Of a stretch of 64,000 bases of DNA, positions 1 through 13,851 are shown one piece after another. The notes under the pieces are model-generated. The model was not told the origin of the DNA. It did no database searches and worked only from the letters and a program-made list of their open reading frames with translations. The stretch is from Octopus vulgaris (lineage: Eukaryota). The stretch's first letter is position 1, and each line of letters begins with the position of its first letter. The stretch lies in NCBI GenBank assembly GCA_951406725.2, contig OX597821.1:15066001-15130000 (forward strand), given 5' to 3'. Made by a program: the position numbers and the translations under genes.

Positions 1-183
1 TACATATATATATATATACATACATGTATATATATACATACATATATATATATACATGCATATATATATATATATACGTACATATATATATATACATATA
101 TATACATACATATATATATACATACATATATATATACATACATATATATATATATATACATACATATATATATGCATACACAC

Positions 184-220
<37 letters not shown>
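1..220. repeat. (TA)n/(TACA)n compound microsatellite
   Basis: Directly visible; explains the YI/HI-rich pseudo-ORFs. Confidence 0.95.
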
Positions 221-221
<1 letters not shown>

Positions 222-521
222 CACTATCACGTGACCGACCAGACCATCAGATGTTGCTACACATCGCTGGTCACAATGCGTTCGCATTGTTTTAGCCTTC
301 GAACGACGCCACCCCGCTGGCTAAGCGAGCAGGCCAACAGACGAAAGAGTGAGAAAAAGAGTGGTGAAAGAGAACAGCAGGGATCACCACTCCCTGCCGG
401 TATTTGTGGAGCTTCTAGGTGTTTTTCGCTCAATAAACACACACAACGCCCGGTCTGGGAATCGAAACCGCGATCCTTCGACCGCGAGTCCGCTGCCCTA
501 ACCACTGGGCCATTGAGCTTC
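221..521 (-). mobile_element. tRNA-derived SINE, family A (shared head, tail type 1)
   Basis: Minus strand has A box TGGCCCAGTGG and B box GGTTTCGATTCCC; close copies at 26398-26709 and 35513-35822. Probably one of the octopus OK/OR SINE families, but I cannot assign which. Confidence 0.9.
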
Positions 522-1090
<569 letters not shown>

Positions 1091-1393
1091 CTACACGATT
1101 TTCAGTCGCCCCGATGCTTGGTTAAAACGGTAAAAAAGTATTGAGATATTGAGAAGGGTTTTCCGACTGGTTTTCCTTGATTATTAGGTACCTAGTCAAT
1201 AGGAATACGAATGATACCAATATATTAGGTAAATGTAAAGTGGAGAAAAATTGAAGGGGTGGGTTAAATAGACAGAGAAAAGCAAATCGAAAAAGGGGAC
1301 ACTTGGAGCAGATGGGATTTTCTGCTACGTTTCTTTCGATAAAAGAAAAATCTAACAAGAACAACTTATACTGCCACCTTCGCACTTACTTAA

Positions 1394-1441
<48 letters not shown>

Positions 1442-1443
<2 letters not shown>

Positions 1444-2036
1444 CTTATAAGAAAGGGCTAAAGAAGATATTTCTAAAGCCAATATATATCCACTTATAAT
1501 CCACTTGCTACAGGAAAAATTGAACTGAAAATCGGGCAACTAACCTTTAGCAAATTTAAATTTCGTTATCTCTATATTGAATCAATTTCGGAATTAATCC
1601 TATAAAGGATACATTCTTCGTCAGTAGAGCTTACAAGGGAATATAAATAAAATACTCACATGCGTTTATGGAAAAAGCAGAAGCTAAAAACATAACTACA
1701 TTTAAGTACATCATTTATATCTAAAAATAAACATTCCTTGGTCAGTCTCAGAACAACCTGTTGACTTTTCGCCGCTACATCTTGTAATGGTTACCAGTCC
1801 CCTGTAAGCAAGCAGTAATGAGTTTACTACTAACAAATATAGGATGAAGCCCCTTAGTTGCCCGATTTTCAGTTCAATTTTTCCTGTAGAAAGTGGATTA
1901 TAAGTGGATAATCAGTATATTGGCTTTAGAAATATCTTCTTTAGCCCATTCTTCTAAGATGTTCATATTTCAACCGTAAAGGTTTTATTTAATATACTGC
2001 CACGCTTCCTGAGAGAAAGGGGCTTCATCCTATATT
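1442..2036. mobile_element. Fold-back element, probably derived from a Penelope-like pseudo-LTR
   Basis: About 100-bp inverted repeat 1442-1543/1854-1960 plus a perfect 20-bp inverted repeat 1836-1855/2017-2036; abuts (TA)n; encloses a hammerhead motif. Confidence 0.65.
1570..1629 (-). ncRNA. Type I hammerhead ribozyme motif
   Basis: Minus strand CTCTA-CTGACGA-AGAAT..ATTCC-GAAA-TTGATTCAA-TA-TAGAG: stem I CTCTA/TAGAG, intact core, self-complementary stem III, A-C at the base of stem II. Confidence 0.75.
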
Positions 2037-4298
2037 CCTTAATAAGTTCTACTCTGCATATTTATATTCCACACGGCGAGGAACCAAAAATTATTCGAGA
2101 GATATGCTGTCGAGCAAAGTTCGTGCAGCGTTGCAATTAGTATTTTAAAGCTTTAGTTAATATACGTGAGTCCGCTAACCAACTAGTATTACCTTTTGCG
2201 ATGATGTTGTTTATGAAAACTCGTTTATATTATATAAAGCTTAAATATACCAGCCATATCGTATATGTTTCTTAATACTAAATAAGGCGACCCGAACTCT
2301 GCTCGCTTACATCTAGCTCGATATGACGGCTGTTTTACACCATGTGTCGTATAGGTAAGGAGGGTGGAACTGATTACAACGCCCAAATTATACCCTCTGC
2401 ATCATCAGTGCATCTGAAGATCACAAGCGTTTCGACCCTTAGTATGTACTCTTAGTTTTTGAAAGAGTTTCATCTGCAGTCACTTGTTAACCATAAGCAC
2501 CTTGACTCAGAAACCTGGGTCCAAAAACATACAAGACAGGGGACTCCGTTGAAGATACCTAAGATATCAGGGCCGGATTTGGACTCAAAGGCATAAAAAA
2601 GTACCGTAAAACACCAGGTTTGTTGTGTTCCACCCATCTCCCAATTTACATTTCGATTTTCTTTTGTGGCTTTGGAGTTAATTTAAAATGGAAAGTTGAC
2701 TTACGGACAGTTTGAACTCAGAAACGAAGGACTCGGTACAAATGCCATGAAGTGATTAATCCGACGCTTGAATGACTACCAAGTTGCTACCTTAATATAA
2801 CGTATCAGTGTATTAAAAGAGTGACCGAATTCTCATGGAATTATGAACATGCAAAGTTTTTGCACTCATTTGATTATAAGAAGAAGAAATGGTATAAACA
2901 AATTGCTAGCGTTTCAGTTCTAAAAATCTAAGCTATTTAACACCATTTAGATATTTTAAACTTTACGTTCATTTTTACTCACATTAGCATCTGTATAAAC
3001 ATTTTCAGATCTCTTGAAACAATTTCCCCGTAAATAACCGACTGCTGAAATTGTACGCACACAGATACACACATACATGTATAGATCGAAATGCCTATAC
3101 GCACACATATATTGACAACTAGATTTCTGGATTACCAGCTGAAGTCATGAATTCAAATTCCTTTCCGTGTAACGATATTTGTTCTAAATGAATGCGAATT
3201 ATGTACTTTTTCATGATCCCTGATAATATTATACGTATCAAATTTCTAAACGCAAATCTATGCATTGTTATGTGTAGAGAGTGAAAGGTGAAAATGAGGA
3301 AAGCAGCCGTTTATATTCTGTTCATTTACAGTACTTAGTGTAAATCATCCGATGGACAATCTATCCATTAAAATAGTTTTCTCTATCCTACTTAAAGCAT
3401 CCAAAGGAGACAAGCTAGGAATACAGTTGATTTTCATCACGATTGTTTCAGTACATACACAGTATGTACATATATATTATGTGTGTGCATACACAAATAC
3501 ATACCTGTGCACAAATACGTGTATGTGCACATAGTAAGAAAAAGAAAGAACGTGGGGAGGGAGAAGGGTGCACAAATGACAGAAAAAGACACTCGACAAG
3601 TTACGTGAAGATTATATGTATTTATATATTAATATTTTGTCTCAGAATTCATATATATATATATATATATATATATGGAATCGAAACAACATTACTTCCT
3701 CTAAAACTAAACCGTGCAACCTGTCCATTCAGCGGATCTTACTCGGAAACATAAAGGATTGTAGGGATATTTCCATCCTATTTGGTGATATGTTGAATTA
3801 ATATATAGGATATATATCCATTAATTTAAGGTGTGGATTATCGAGACCCCATGGACACCACAAGTTGCTGTAATCAGCAAAACTGAACTTTACCTACTCT
3901 ACTTTCATCGAGATAATGTGGTACATAATCCAGTAGGATCTAGAACATTCTTTGTGGGATACCTCTCTGTTCACCCAGTTCTCTCAGCTGTAGTATATAT
4001 AACAAAATCTACGCATATAGCTTTACAGAAAACCCTAACAGTCATCCTTCTGCCACTAGTGGTGCTCTCTACTAGCTAATTTTATGCCATAAACTGTCTC
4101 ACTATCTCAGAAATCGCATCCTACCTACACCAGTAGTTAGACTCTTTCGTTTATATGACCATTTATTACCAAACCACGAACAGTAAGACTAGATGTAAGT
4201 CATTAGTTGATTATATTTTCCATAAAATTTAATGGAGTTTCTGGAAAATTTACTCTCGCAATGTATCTCATAGTACTCTAAAATCTACTGAAACATAT

Positions 4299-4460
4299 GA
4301 GTGGCTGTGTGGTAAGTAGCCTGCTTACTAACCACACGGTTCCGGGTTCAGTCTCACTGCGTGGCGCCTTGGGAAAGTGTCTTCTACTATAACCCCGGAC
4401 CGACCAAAGCCTTGTGAGTGGATTTGGTAGACGGAAACTGAAAGAAGCCTGTCGTATATA

Positions 4461-4513
<53 letters not shown>

Positions 4514-4744
4514 CTGTGTGTGTATATATGTGTTTGTGTGTCTGTGTTTGTCCCCCCAGCATCGCTTGACAACGGATGCTGGTATGTTTACGTCCCTGTT
4601 ACTTAGCGGTTCGGCAAAACAGACCGATAGAATAAGTACTAGGCTTACAAAGAATAAGACCTGGGGTCGATTTGCTCGACTAAAAGGCGGTGCTCCAGCA
4701 TGGCCGCAGTCAAATGACTGAAACATGTAAAAGAGTAAAAGAGT
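4299..4744 (+). mobile_element. tRNA-derived SINE, family C (CORE-like, internal microsatellite)
   Basis: A box TGGCTGTGTGG, B box GGGTTCAGTC, CCTTGGG(C/A)AAGT CORE-like motif, internal (TA)n(TG)n, (AAGAGTA)n tail; multiple copies in the window. Confidence 0.9.
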
Positions 4745-6176
4745 TTGTAATTCTGGAGTCTTTAATAAGAACAAAGGAGAAAAAACACCGGCCTGCAGTA
4801 GTACAGGTGTTATCTTCCAATTGATGGCTGTTGGGAGCTACTGGTCCCTCTACCAGTCAGCAGCAGCAGCAGCTGGCAATCTGCTGTGAGTTGCCAGTAC
4901 CCCCTAACACACGGTTACCAATCCCATCGCACGACCAGAAATAACAAATGAGGACCAAAAACTCGATGATCCATAGCCTTCTTTAGAAACTCTTAGGTAT
5001 TCTGTGACTCAGTCAAAAGTATCGGAAATATCAGGTTTTTTTTTTCTGTATATGTCAATATGAATATATTTTTACGCATGAGAACTTCATACGCGTACAT
5101 GTATGAATATATATGTAATATATGTGTATATACGTATGTACATATACATACATACACATAGTTTGTATGTTTTATTTTTATCTAGACAAGGATATAAGTT
5201 TGGTTATATTTACATGTATCTTATATGCGTATCTAGGAGTTTTTTGCGTATGCACAAAGTTGTAAGTTGTGCTGTATAATTTATGTATCATTAATGTTTT
5301 ACAAATGTACTGGCGTTTCTTTTCTCCAGAAAAAGAAACACACTTGTTACCAAACCCTACAGTTTCCTTCCTCTTTTCCCTACTCTCTCTCACACTTCCC
5401 TCTCTCTCCCCCCCTCTCTCTCTCATACTCACACTGATTCCAATTTCATTCAAAACCAGTTGCTATTCTATCTTACTCTAACGACATTTTCTGAAAATGT
5501 TAGAAGATTTTTCTTTTCCCTCACGGCATTAAATACATTCTACAGCTTCATTTATTCGTATTACATTTTACCGGCGCAAAAGCATCCGCTAGATTCTCTA
5601 GATTTTATTTATTCTTTTACTATGGATAAATGTTTTTCTTAACATTAGATTTTCTACGAGAAAAGAGAGTTAATTCTTTTCTACCTAATCTATTAACTGA
5701 CCTTATCTGAATGACCTTATATTAATTTTGGTAGCTGAAGATTACCGAAAGTGTTATCAACGATGTACACTATCATCATATGCTATCATTTACTCTAAAA
5801 CCTAACTAGATGTTAAGTAATCTTATATTGGTCTGTGATAACCTATTTCATGCTGTTCTACTCGTAGCAATAGCTTAATTCTAAAAAAAAACAATCTTGC
5901 CTGACTGTTTATGTCTGCTCGTATATTTGACGTTGTATCAGTTGTATGAGTTGCGCATGTAAATATTATGTAGTAGCTATGTAGATTATAAGGGCAATTG
6001 TATACCTGTACTCAGTGTATACGAAGCACGGAAATACATGCTGCTATCTCGCAAATACACATGCAAGAAAAGCAGTTTATATATGCCATAACATGTCTGT
6101 GAATGTTATTTGTCAAGTTCTAGTGTCTTGTATAAACACATGGAAGACGTATGTAATTGTGTATTTATCTTTTTGC

Positions 6177-6547
6177 TTACTCTTTTACTTGTTTCAGTCA
6201 TTTGACTGCGGCCATGCTGGAGCACCGCCTTTATTCTTTTTGTAAGCCCAGTACTTATTCTATCGGTCTTATTTGCCGAACCGCTAAGTAACGGGGACAT
6301 AAACACACCAGCATCGGTTGTCAAGCAATGCTAGGGGGACAAACACAGACACACATACACACATATATATATATACATATATACGACAGGCTTCTTTCAG
6401 TTTCCGTCTACCAAATCCACTCACAAGGCATTGGTCGGCCCGAGGCTATAGTAGAAGACACTTGCCCAAGGTGCCATGCAGTGGGACTGAACCTGGAACC
6501 ATGTGGTTGGTAAGCAAGCTACTTACCACACAGCCACTCCTGCGCCT
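6177..6547 (-). mobile_element. SINE family C
   Basis: Reverse-complement match to 4299-4744 and 25729-26151, with a short internal deletion. Confidence 0.9.
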
Positions 6548-6550
6548 AGC

Positions 6551-6935
6551 TTTTATTTGTTTCAGTTATTAAATTGCTGACATGCAGGGGCACCGCTTTG
6601 AGGAATTGTAATCGAACGATTCTACCTCAAAACTAGAATAAGTAAAAACTGCTCCTTATACTACCGGTCTTTTTAGCTGGATCGCTAAGTTACGAGGACG
6701 TAAAGACCCCAACACCGATTGTCAAGTGGTGGAGAGGAGCAAAGACAGACACAGAGGAGCAAAGACAGACACACACATGACCGCACGCGTACACACACGC
6801 ACGCACTAACACACAGACACACAGGATGGGATTCTTTCAGTTTCCGTCTATCAAACCTATTCACAAGGCTTTGCTCGGCCTAAGATTATAGTAGCAGACA
6901 CCTCTCCTAAGTGCCAAGCAATGGAACTAAACCTG
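6551..6935 (-). mobile_element. Older diverged SINE family C copy
   Basis: Degenerate match (tctttcagtttccgtcta, tcacaaggctttg, tagtagcagacac) directly adjacent to the younger copy. Confidence 0.7.
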
Positions 6936-6976
6936 GCCTTTTGCTCAAAGATTGAAATTGTTATTTTAGGTGCAGA

Positions 6977-7192
6977 AAGGCAGCGAGCTGGCAGAATCGT
7001 TGTTGCACCGATCAAAATGCATATCGGCATTTCTTCCGGTTTTTTTGTCTCGAATTCAAATTCCACCCAGGACGATTTTAATTTTCATCCTTTTGGGGTC
7101 GATAAAATATGTACCAGTTGAGTAGTGGATTAGATGTAACCGACTAGAGCCCTTCTCGAATATTTCAGGCCTTGTGCCAATAGTAGAAATAA
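6977..7192 (+). mobile_element. tRNA-derived SINE, family D (diverged)
   Basis: GGCAGCGAGCTGGCAGAATCG head, TTTCATCCTTTTGGGGTCGATAAA central block; diverged TSD 6961-6978/7193-7210. Confidence 0.75.
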
Positions 7193-7477
7193 TTATTTAA
7201 GGTACAGTAAAGAATGTGAATTGCGAGAACCATTAAAGCGTCGGATGAATCGTCTATGTTCCGAGTTCAAATCTCTCCAAGTTAAACTTTGTCTTTCTTG
7301 CTTCTGTTCAGAGTGGAGGGATAAAAGAAATTATCAAGCAAGTACAGGGGTAGATATAACCTCCACACCAAATCATTTCAAATGCAGGCATAACTGCGCA
7401 GCTAAAATGTGCGCTTTGCAACAAGTTCAAGAATCTGATATTATTGTGCGGTATTTTGAACAAGTGTGTTCTACCAT

Positions 7478-7865
7478 GGATGGAAGGAAGCACTCCGTCG
7501 GTTACGACGACGGAGGTTCCGGTGGATCCGATCAAAGGAGCAGCCTGCTCGTGAAATTAACGTGTAAGTGACTGAGCACTCCACAGACACGTGTACCCTT
7601 AACGTAGTTCTCGGGGATATTCAGCGTGACACAGAGAGTGACAAGGGCGGCCCTTTGAAATACAGGTACAACAGAAACAGGAAGTAAGAGTGAGAGAAAG
7701 TTGTGGTGAAAGAGTACAGCAGGGATCACCACCATTCCTGCCGGAGCCTCGTGGAGCTTTAGGTGCTTTCGCTCAATAAACACTCACAACGCCCGATCTG
7801 GGGATCGAGACCGCGATCCTACGACCGCGAGTCCGCTGCCCTAAGCACTGGGCCATTGCACCTCC
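7478..7865 (-). mobile_element. SINE family B (family A head, tail type 2), nested in an older family C copy
   Basis: tRNA A/B boxes on the minus strand; 10-bp TSD GTTCTACCAT at 7468-7477/7866-7875; the flanks rejoin into a family C-like sequence. Confidence 0.9.
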
Positions 7866-8125
7866 GTTCTACCATAGCCGTGTGTTGACCAATGAAAAAT
7901 TGTGGGTAAAATTTAACAGGTGGAAATTGTGTGGAAACTTATCGTCTTTACAAGTATGTGAACTTATGTGTATATGCATACGTCCATGATTATACATATA
8001 CGTGTGTGTATGTGTGTGCGTGATGAGAACTAGTATATTCGAGCAAAACTACATCGTTGTCATAATGCCCGATTGAGATACCTACGTGAAATTCAACTTT
8101 GCAATTTTGCGTTTCATATAAATAT

Positions 8126-8164
<39 letters not shown>

Positions 8165-8165
8165 G

Positions 8166-8212
<47 letters not shown>

Positions 8213-8214
8213 GG

Positions 8215-8252
<38 letters not shown>

Positions 8253-8255
8253 AAT

Positions 8256-8721
8256 ATACGTTTAAATATTTGTTGTGCAAGATTTTTTATGTGAAGTCGT
8301 GTGTTGAAACAGATATTGTTATATTTCGGAATGGTCATATTGCCAGTTTAGCCAATAAAAACACACGCACTATATATTTGGTGTTATTTTGCTTCAGTGA
8401 TATTTATTTTTTACATTAATCTTAATCTTATTTCGGCCAAAGTTCTTTCGTCACACTCCTGTGACCGCATCGGTGGTCCTTTGTTTTCTTCTCACTTACT
8501 TACTTACTTGTGTCTCCGGTTAGTAAGGAGAGACACAAGTAAGTGAGAAGAAAACAAAGGACCACTGATGCGGTCACAGGAGTGTGACGAAAGAACTTTG
8601 GCCGAAATAAGATTAAGATTAATGTAAAAAATAAATATCACTGAAGCAAAATAACACCAAATATATAGTGCGTGTGTTTTTATTGGCTAAACTGGCAATA
8701 TGACCATTCCGAAATATAACA

Positions 8722-8725
<4 letters not shown>
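8256..8725. mobile_element. Near-perfect palindromic (fold-back) element in (TA)n
   Basis: Arms 8313-8516 and 8530-8725 with a 13-nt loop; second, internally deleted copy at 18502-18740; hammerhead-like motif in the arms. Confidence 0.85.
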
Positions 8726-8806
<81 letters not shown>

Positions 8807-10248
8807 GACATATATATGCATATACATACATTATATATATACAAGGAACGTGAATTACATATAATCCCTTTATTAGACCAAATTTGGCTTACAGCTATTT
8901 CCAGGGTCATTTCAGCTACATTATTATTAGATTTACTCTGAACTGAGGTAAATTGAACGATCTGAGAAAATTACTGCTACTTTCGACAGAGTCACTTCCA
9001 GAAATGTCCCTAAGAGTTAAATTAACTCCAAAGCCACTAAGACAGTATACTTAATGGCTGACAAAGTGATGTAAGTTCCCTAGCATATATAGCAGTATCG
9101 CTATTTCGAATACACTAAAGTCACTCAATTTACCTTAATTGATCAACAGATCAAGTGAGTAAATATTAATCATGTACCTGCAATTATAATGGAAAAAGAG
9201 AGTGAAAAAAAGAGAGAGATGTATGCAAGAAATGTATGTATTATTGCATGCTAACCTATACAGACAGAATAAATTGTGAAAAGCAATAAACTTAATTGCC
9301 GTATCAGTAATCGTTCACAGTTTTGAAATTTTATCTTATATGATTCTTCCAAAAACAAGATAGCAAATATTTCAAACTCATTGTAAGGCCTTAATTACCA
9401 GTGTACAGTATTTTCCCCAGCAGTAATTTTGAAATTAGAATAATTCTCGAATTTCTAAACTCACTGTGCTCCTCGCTACTAAAACACTCTATGTGCTTAA
9501 CTGATATCTCTCCCGCTATCTATTAGATAGCTAGTTAGGACAACATCCCTATTCCATAATTACAACCGTGTGTAATAGAGACGACTCTAAATCTTGTTTA
9601 TTATTTGTGCATATATTCGTTAAAGTTATTGTTTTAATACTGCTTTTGTTACAACAACACGCTCTAATATATTTATTACTTTGAAATTATCATTATTACT
9701 ATTAGTATTTTAAATGCCCATCATCTAAAATATTCTGAAGGGAAATTAATATCTTTTATCATTCTTTCGTTATTAGTAACAATATCCCTCACTTTTGTAT
9801 TGAATTAGAAGCAGGAAATTAAATCTACATTTTCGAAGCAATAACTCCCATATCTTTACGTGGGCAACATATTTACAAAACTTTCGTCCATATTCATAAA
9901 AGAATATAGGAAAAGAGAATCCTGAAAACTTGCTTCAGAACAAATGGGAATTACTTAGCTCCGTGCCAGAGGTACTGATTCCTGTATCTCAATGCTTAGG
10001 AATCTAGCTTGATAATGTTGCTTCTGATTGTTGGCATCGTGTCCGCATACACATATACACACATCATATCACGTCTCTCTCACTCCTTTACAAATATGTA
10101 AGTATGTATAATGATGCACACACACACACACACATATATATATATACACACATACATACGTATATATGTGTGTTAGTATGAGTTTCTGTTTGTGTATGTG
10201 CATGCTCGTGTTTATGTGTGTGTATGTATATATATACATACATATACA

Positions 10249-10411
<163 letters not shown>

Positions 10412-11433
10412 ACCTCTGCGGAGAAACCTATAAAATTCGTGATTCAATTAAAGCTATTTCATCTTTTTACGTTGTGTCTACGAAGGAATATTTTCAGGAC
10501 TAAGATCTGCGTTGACAAACCTCTGATATTAATAAAGGCTTAAACACGGTTTGCAAATTAATAGCATCAGTTCACTATAGCTACTTGATTCGCTGGACAT
10601 ATACACAAATTGGCAGCTTTTTACCTGACATTGTTCAAATTGATTATGACATCCATGATAAACATCATCTACAGTTCGAAAATCTATTAAGGCTGTTCGT
10701 AATTTTTTTCCAGTTTAAGGAGTAATGAGTAAATTTGCCCTGTTTATATATCTGATACATACGATACGTACATGCGTGTCTGTATATATATTCATAAGTG
10801 TATATATAACCCACAAATATATGTATAAAGAACCATACCGGTATTCATTAACTTATTACATATTCAGCGCCTGTTTAGAGGAAGAAATATAGAGCGAACT
10901 GTCCACGTGATTGTATGGATAGCGTCGATAATGGTTGCCCTTTTCTATGACTGGGACTTATATAATGCTTCTAGTACAGGCGTTTATGACTAAAGAGTAA
11001 GTGACAAGATAGACTGTTCTGCGAGGATATGCTAACGCATACACAGAGTACCAGTTTATGACACATAATGCCATATACCGATCGGCAAATGAGAGTTCAG
11101 AAAGGTCACATAATGGTTACGGAGCAGAAGCATCCGAGAAGCACATTTCAGTTATTTTTAATTTGCAGGAGGTATAATACTTGCTCCTTGAATAATAACC
11201 TTTTCAAGGGCATGTGTCCGTTCAATTCACCTGGATTACCTGCGTTATTTGTCTTCAATTTTATAATATTTAAACACGCAAAAATACCAGTAAAATGTGT
11301 TACACAAAAGTTGCTATCGCTATCACTTTCTCTCTCTCTCTTTCACCGGCTGCCTCTATATGTCTGACTGTCTGTCACGCAACCTATTTATCTATCTATA
11401 CACAAATACATACACTCATACATACATACATAA

Positions 11434-11464
<31 letters not shown>

Positions 11465-12097
11465 CATACATACATACATACATACATACATACATACATA
11501 CATACATACGTACGTACATATATACGTACGTACATATATACAACAGCAGTCATTCAATGGTTTGAAACTTAGCTACCCAGCGGAGAACGTCATATACCGA
11601 TCGGCAAATGAGTGTTCAGAGAGGCCACAAAATGGTTACTAGAGCAAGCAAAAGTAAACATGTATGATGAATTAATGCGAAACTTCCAGCCCTTTTACAC
11701 TGACTATAAATTCCCGTTTGTAACTATCATTATAGGTGCATTAGGCTATGTACTAATAACATTGAACAAAAACCTAGAAAAAGTTTTACACAAAAACGAA
11801 GAAAGAGAAAAAGAATCCGACTTCGATTCTCCAAATTCAATCCATTAGCGAGCGGCACAGTGAACATTTGTAAGACATTCCAAAGATTCTCTATCTGATA
11901 TTCTTTAAATTAATACACATACAGACAAGGGCGTGTGCATCGACAGCTCAATTAACACACCAACTCAAGCACATATTTACAAACACCGGGAACTCTCTAA
12001 ACGAAAAAAAATCTTTTGCTTAGTTAGCAACTGGTTTGAATTCTGTTAATAACTTCAATAAAAATCAAAGAATCATCATACAGACACAACACACATA

Positions 12098-12460
12098 TAC
12101 TCTTTACTCTTTTACTCTTTTACTTGTTTCAGTCATTTGACTGCGGCCATGCTGGAGCACCGCCTTTAGTCGAGCAAATCAACCCCAGGACTTATTCTTT
12201 GTAAGGCCAGTACTTATTCTATCGGTCTGTTTTGCCGAACCGCTAAGTAACGGGGATGTAAACACACCAGCATCGGTTGTCAAGCAATGCTAGGGGGACA
12301 AACACAGACACACAAACACACACACATACATATATATACATATATACGACAGGCTTCTTTCAGTTTCCGTCTACCAAATCCACTCACAAGGCTTTGGTCG
12401 GCCCGGGGCTATAGCAGAAGACACTTTGCCCAAGATGCCACGCAGTGGGACTGCGCCTAT
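12098..12460 (-). mobile_element. SINE family C with an internal deletion in the tRNA head
   Basis: Matches the other C copies; sequence jumps from GTGGGACT to GCGCCTAT, removing the A-box region. Confidence 0.85.
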
Positions 12461-12558
12461 ATATATTTATATATATAAATACTTAGATATACAAATATGT
12501 ACCAATGATTTGATATGTATATATATATATTTATGAACAATTTATAAAAAGTATATAC

Positions 12559-12692
12559 ATTAGGCGCAAGCTTGGCGTGTATGGTAAGAAGCTTGCTTCC
12601 CAACCAGGTTCAGTCCCCCAGCATGGGGTCTTGGTCAAGTGTCTTCTACAAGGGCCTCGGGTCGAGCAAAACCTTGTGATAGAAGCCCGTCG

Positions 12693-12779
<87 letters not shown>

Positions 12780-13110
12780 TTCGGTTTTAGATTCGGTTTG
12801 CAAGATTCTTTATGTGAGTTCGCGTGTTGGAAGATATACTGTTATGTCTGGGAAGAGTCATTCTCACCAGACACAATAGTATATATATATATATATATAT
12901 GTGTTTGTGTGTCTGTGTTTGAGCGCCCTCCCCCCTTGACAACCGATGTTGGTGTGTCTATGTCCCTCTAATATAGCGGTTCGGCAAAAGAGACCGATAG
13001 AATAAGTACTAGGCTTATAAAGAATTAGCCCTGGTGTCTGTTTGTTCCACTAAAAGCGGTGTTACAGCATGGCCGCAGTCAAATGAGTAAAACAGATAAA
13101 GAATAAAAGA
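12559..13110 (+). mobile_element. Diverged SINE family C with an insertion in its internal microsatellite
   Basis: Head at 12559-12693 and tail at about 12900-13110; 12781-12880 resembles the 8256-8340 end of the fold-back element. Confidence 0.75.
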
Positions 13111-13777
13111 ATTCGTACATACTTATGTATACATACACGCATGCATACATACAAACACAAACTGTTTGGCACATAGATTTACATATGAAGGTATGACAAT
13201 CATTACAAAGTATCGAATTATTCGAGCATTGCCGTACTTCACTCATCAAAGATTCGTAAATAATAAGATGGAAACGCATGAAATTTTAATTAGTTTCCTC
13301 GTGGCACGCTCCTAATTACGGGGGCAATTAATCCAGGCGTCACGAAAATATTACTGATATCGTTGTCAGACAATGATTAGTTACGTAGTTCTTGTTTACT
13401 CTTCGAGTTGATTAGAAACGATGTAAATTCGACTTATTTATCAAAAATGATCACAACGTGATGTTTGTGCGCTTACAACAACTGTCAGTTCCCCAATGTT
13501 TCATGATACTGTATTTTTTCTTGTATATCTTCGAGAAATAGGTGACATTTGTATGTCACTTCTCTCAATTATAGATATCTTGCGGAGATCTTTTATTTGA
13601 TTTTTGTCCATATGATATATTGCATATACCTCAAGGCATTCCACATTCAAGCGGCAGAGCTCTAAAAAAGGTGAATAATATATGCGTATGTGTGTGTGAG
13701 TAACTTTCCCTCTTTCCATCTCTCTCTCCCCGCCCCCTCTCTCTCTCTCTCTATATATATATATGTGTGTGTGTGTG

Positions 13778-13851
<74 letters not shown>

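Noticed and set aside
440-521. tRNA-like sequence with A and B boxes (also at about 7.8, 18.1, 24.4, 26.4 and 35.5 kb)
   Set aside because: These are SINE heads continuing into SINE bodies, several with TSDs; not tRNA genes
2400-2490. CTGAAGA, TCATCAG and CGTTTCG motifs suggesting hammerheads on both strands
   Set aside because: I could not build consistent stems I-III with a UH site
5728-5760. TTGGTAG-CTGAAGA-TTACC-GAAA-GTG-TTATCAA minimal hammerhead-like motif
   Set aside because: Stem I pairs, but stems II and III are absent and the cleavage position would be G; chance or too decayed to call
6318-6572. Recurring peptides such as RQASFSFRLPNPLTR and VTLNIPENYVKGTRV in many ORFs
   Set aside because: Translations of SINE copies, not a gene family
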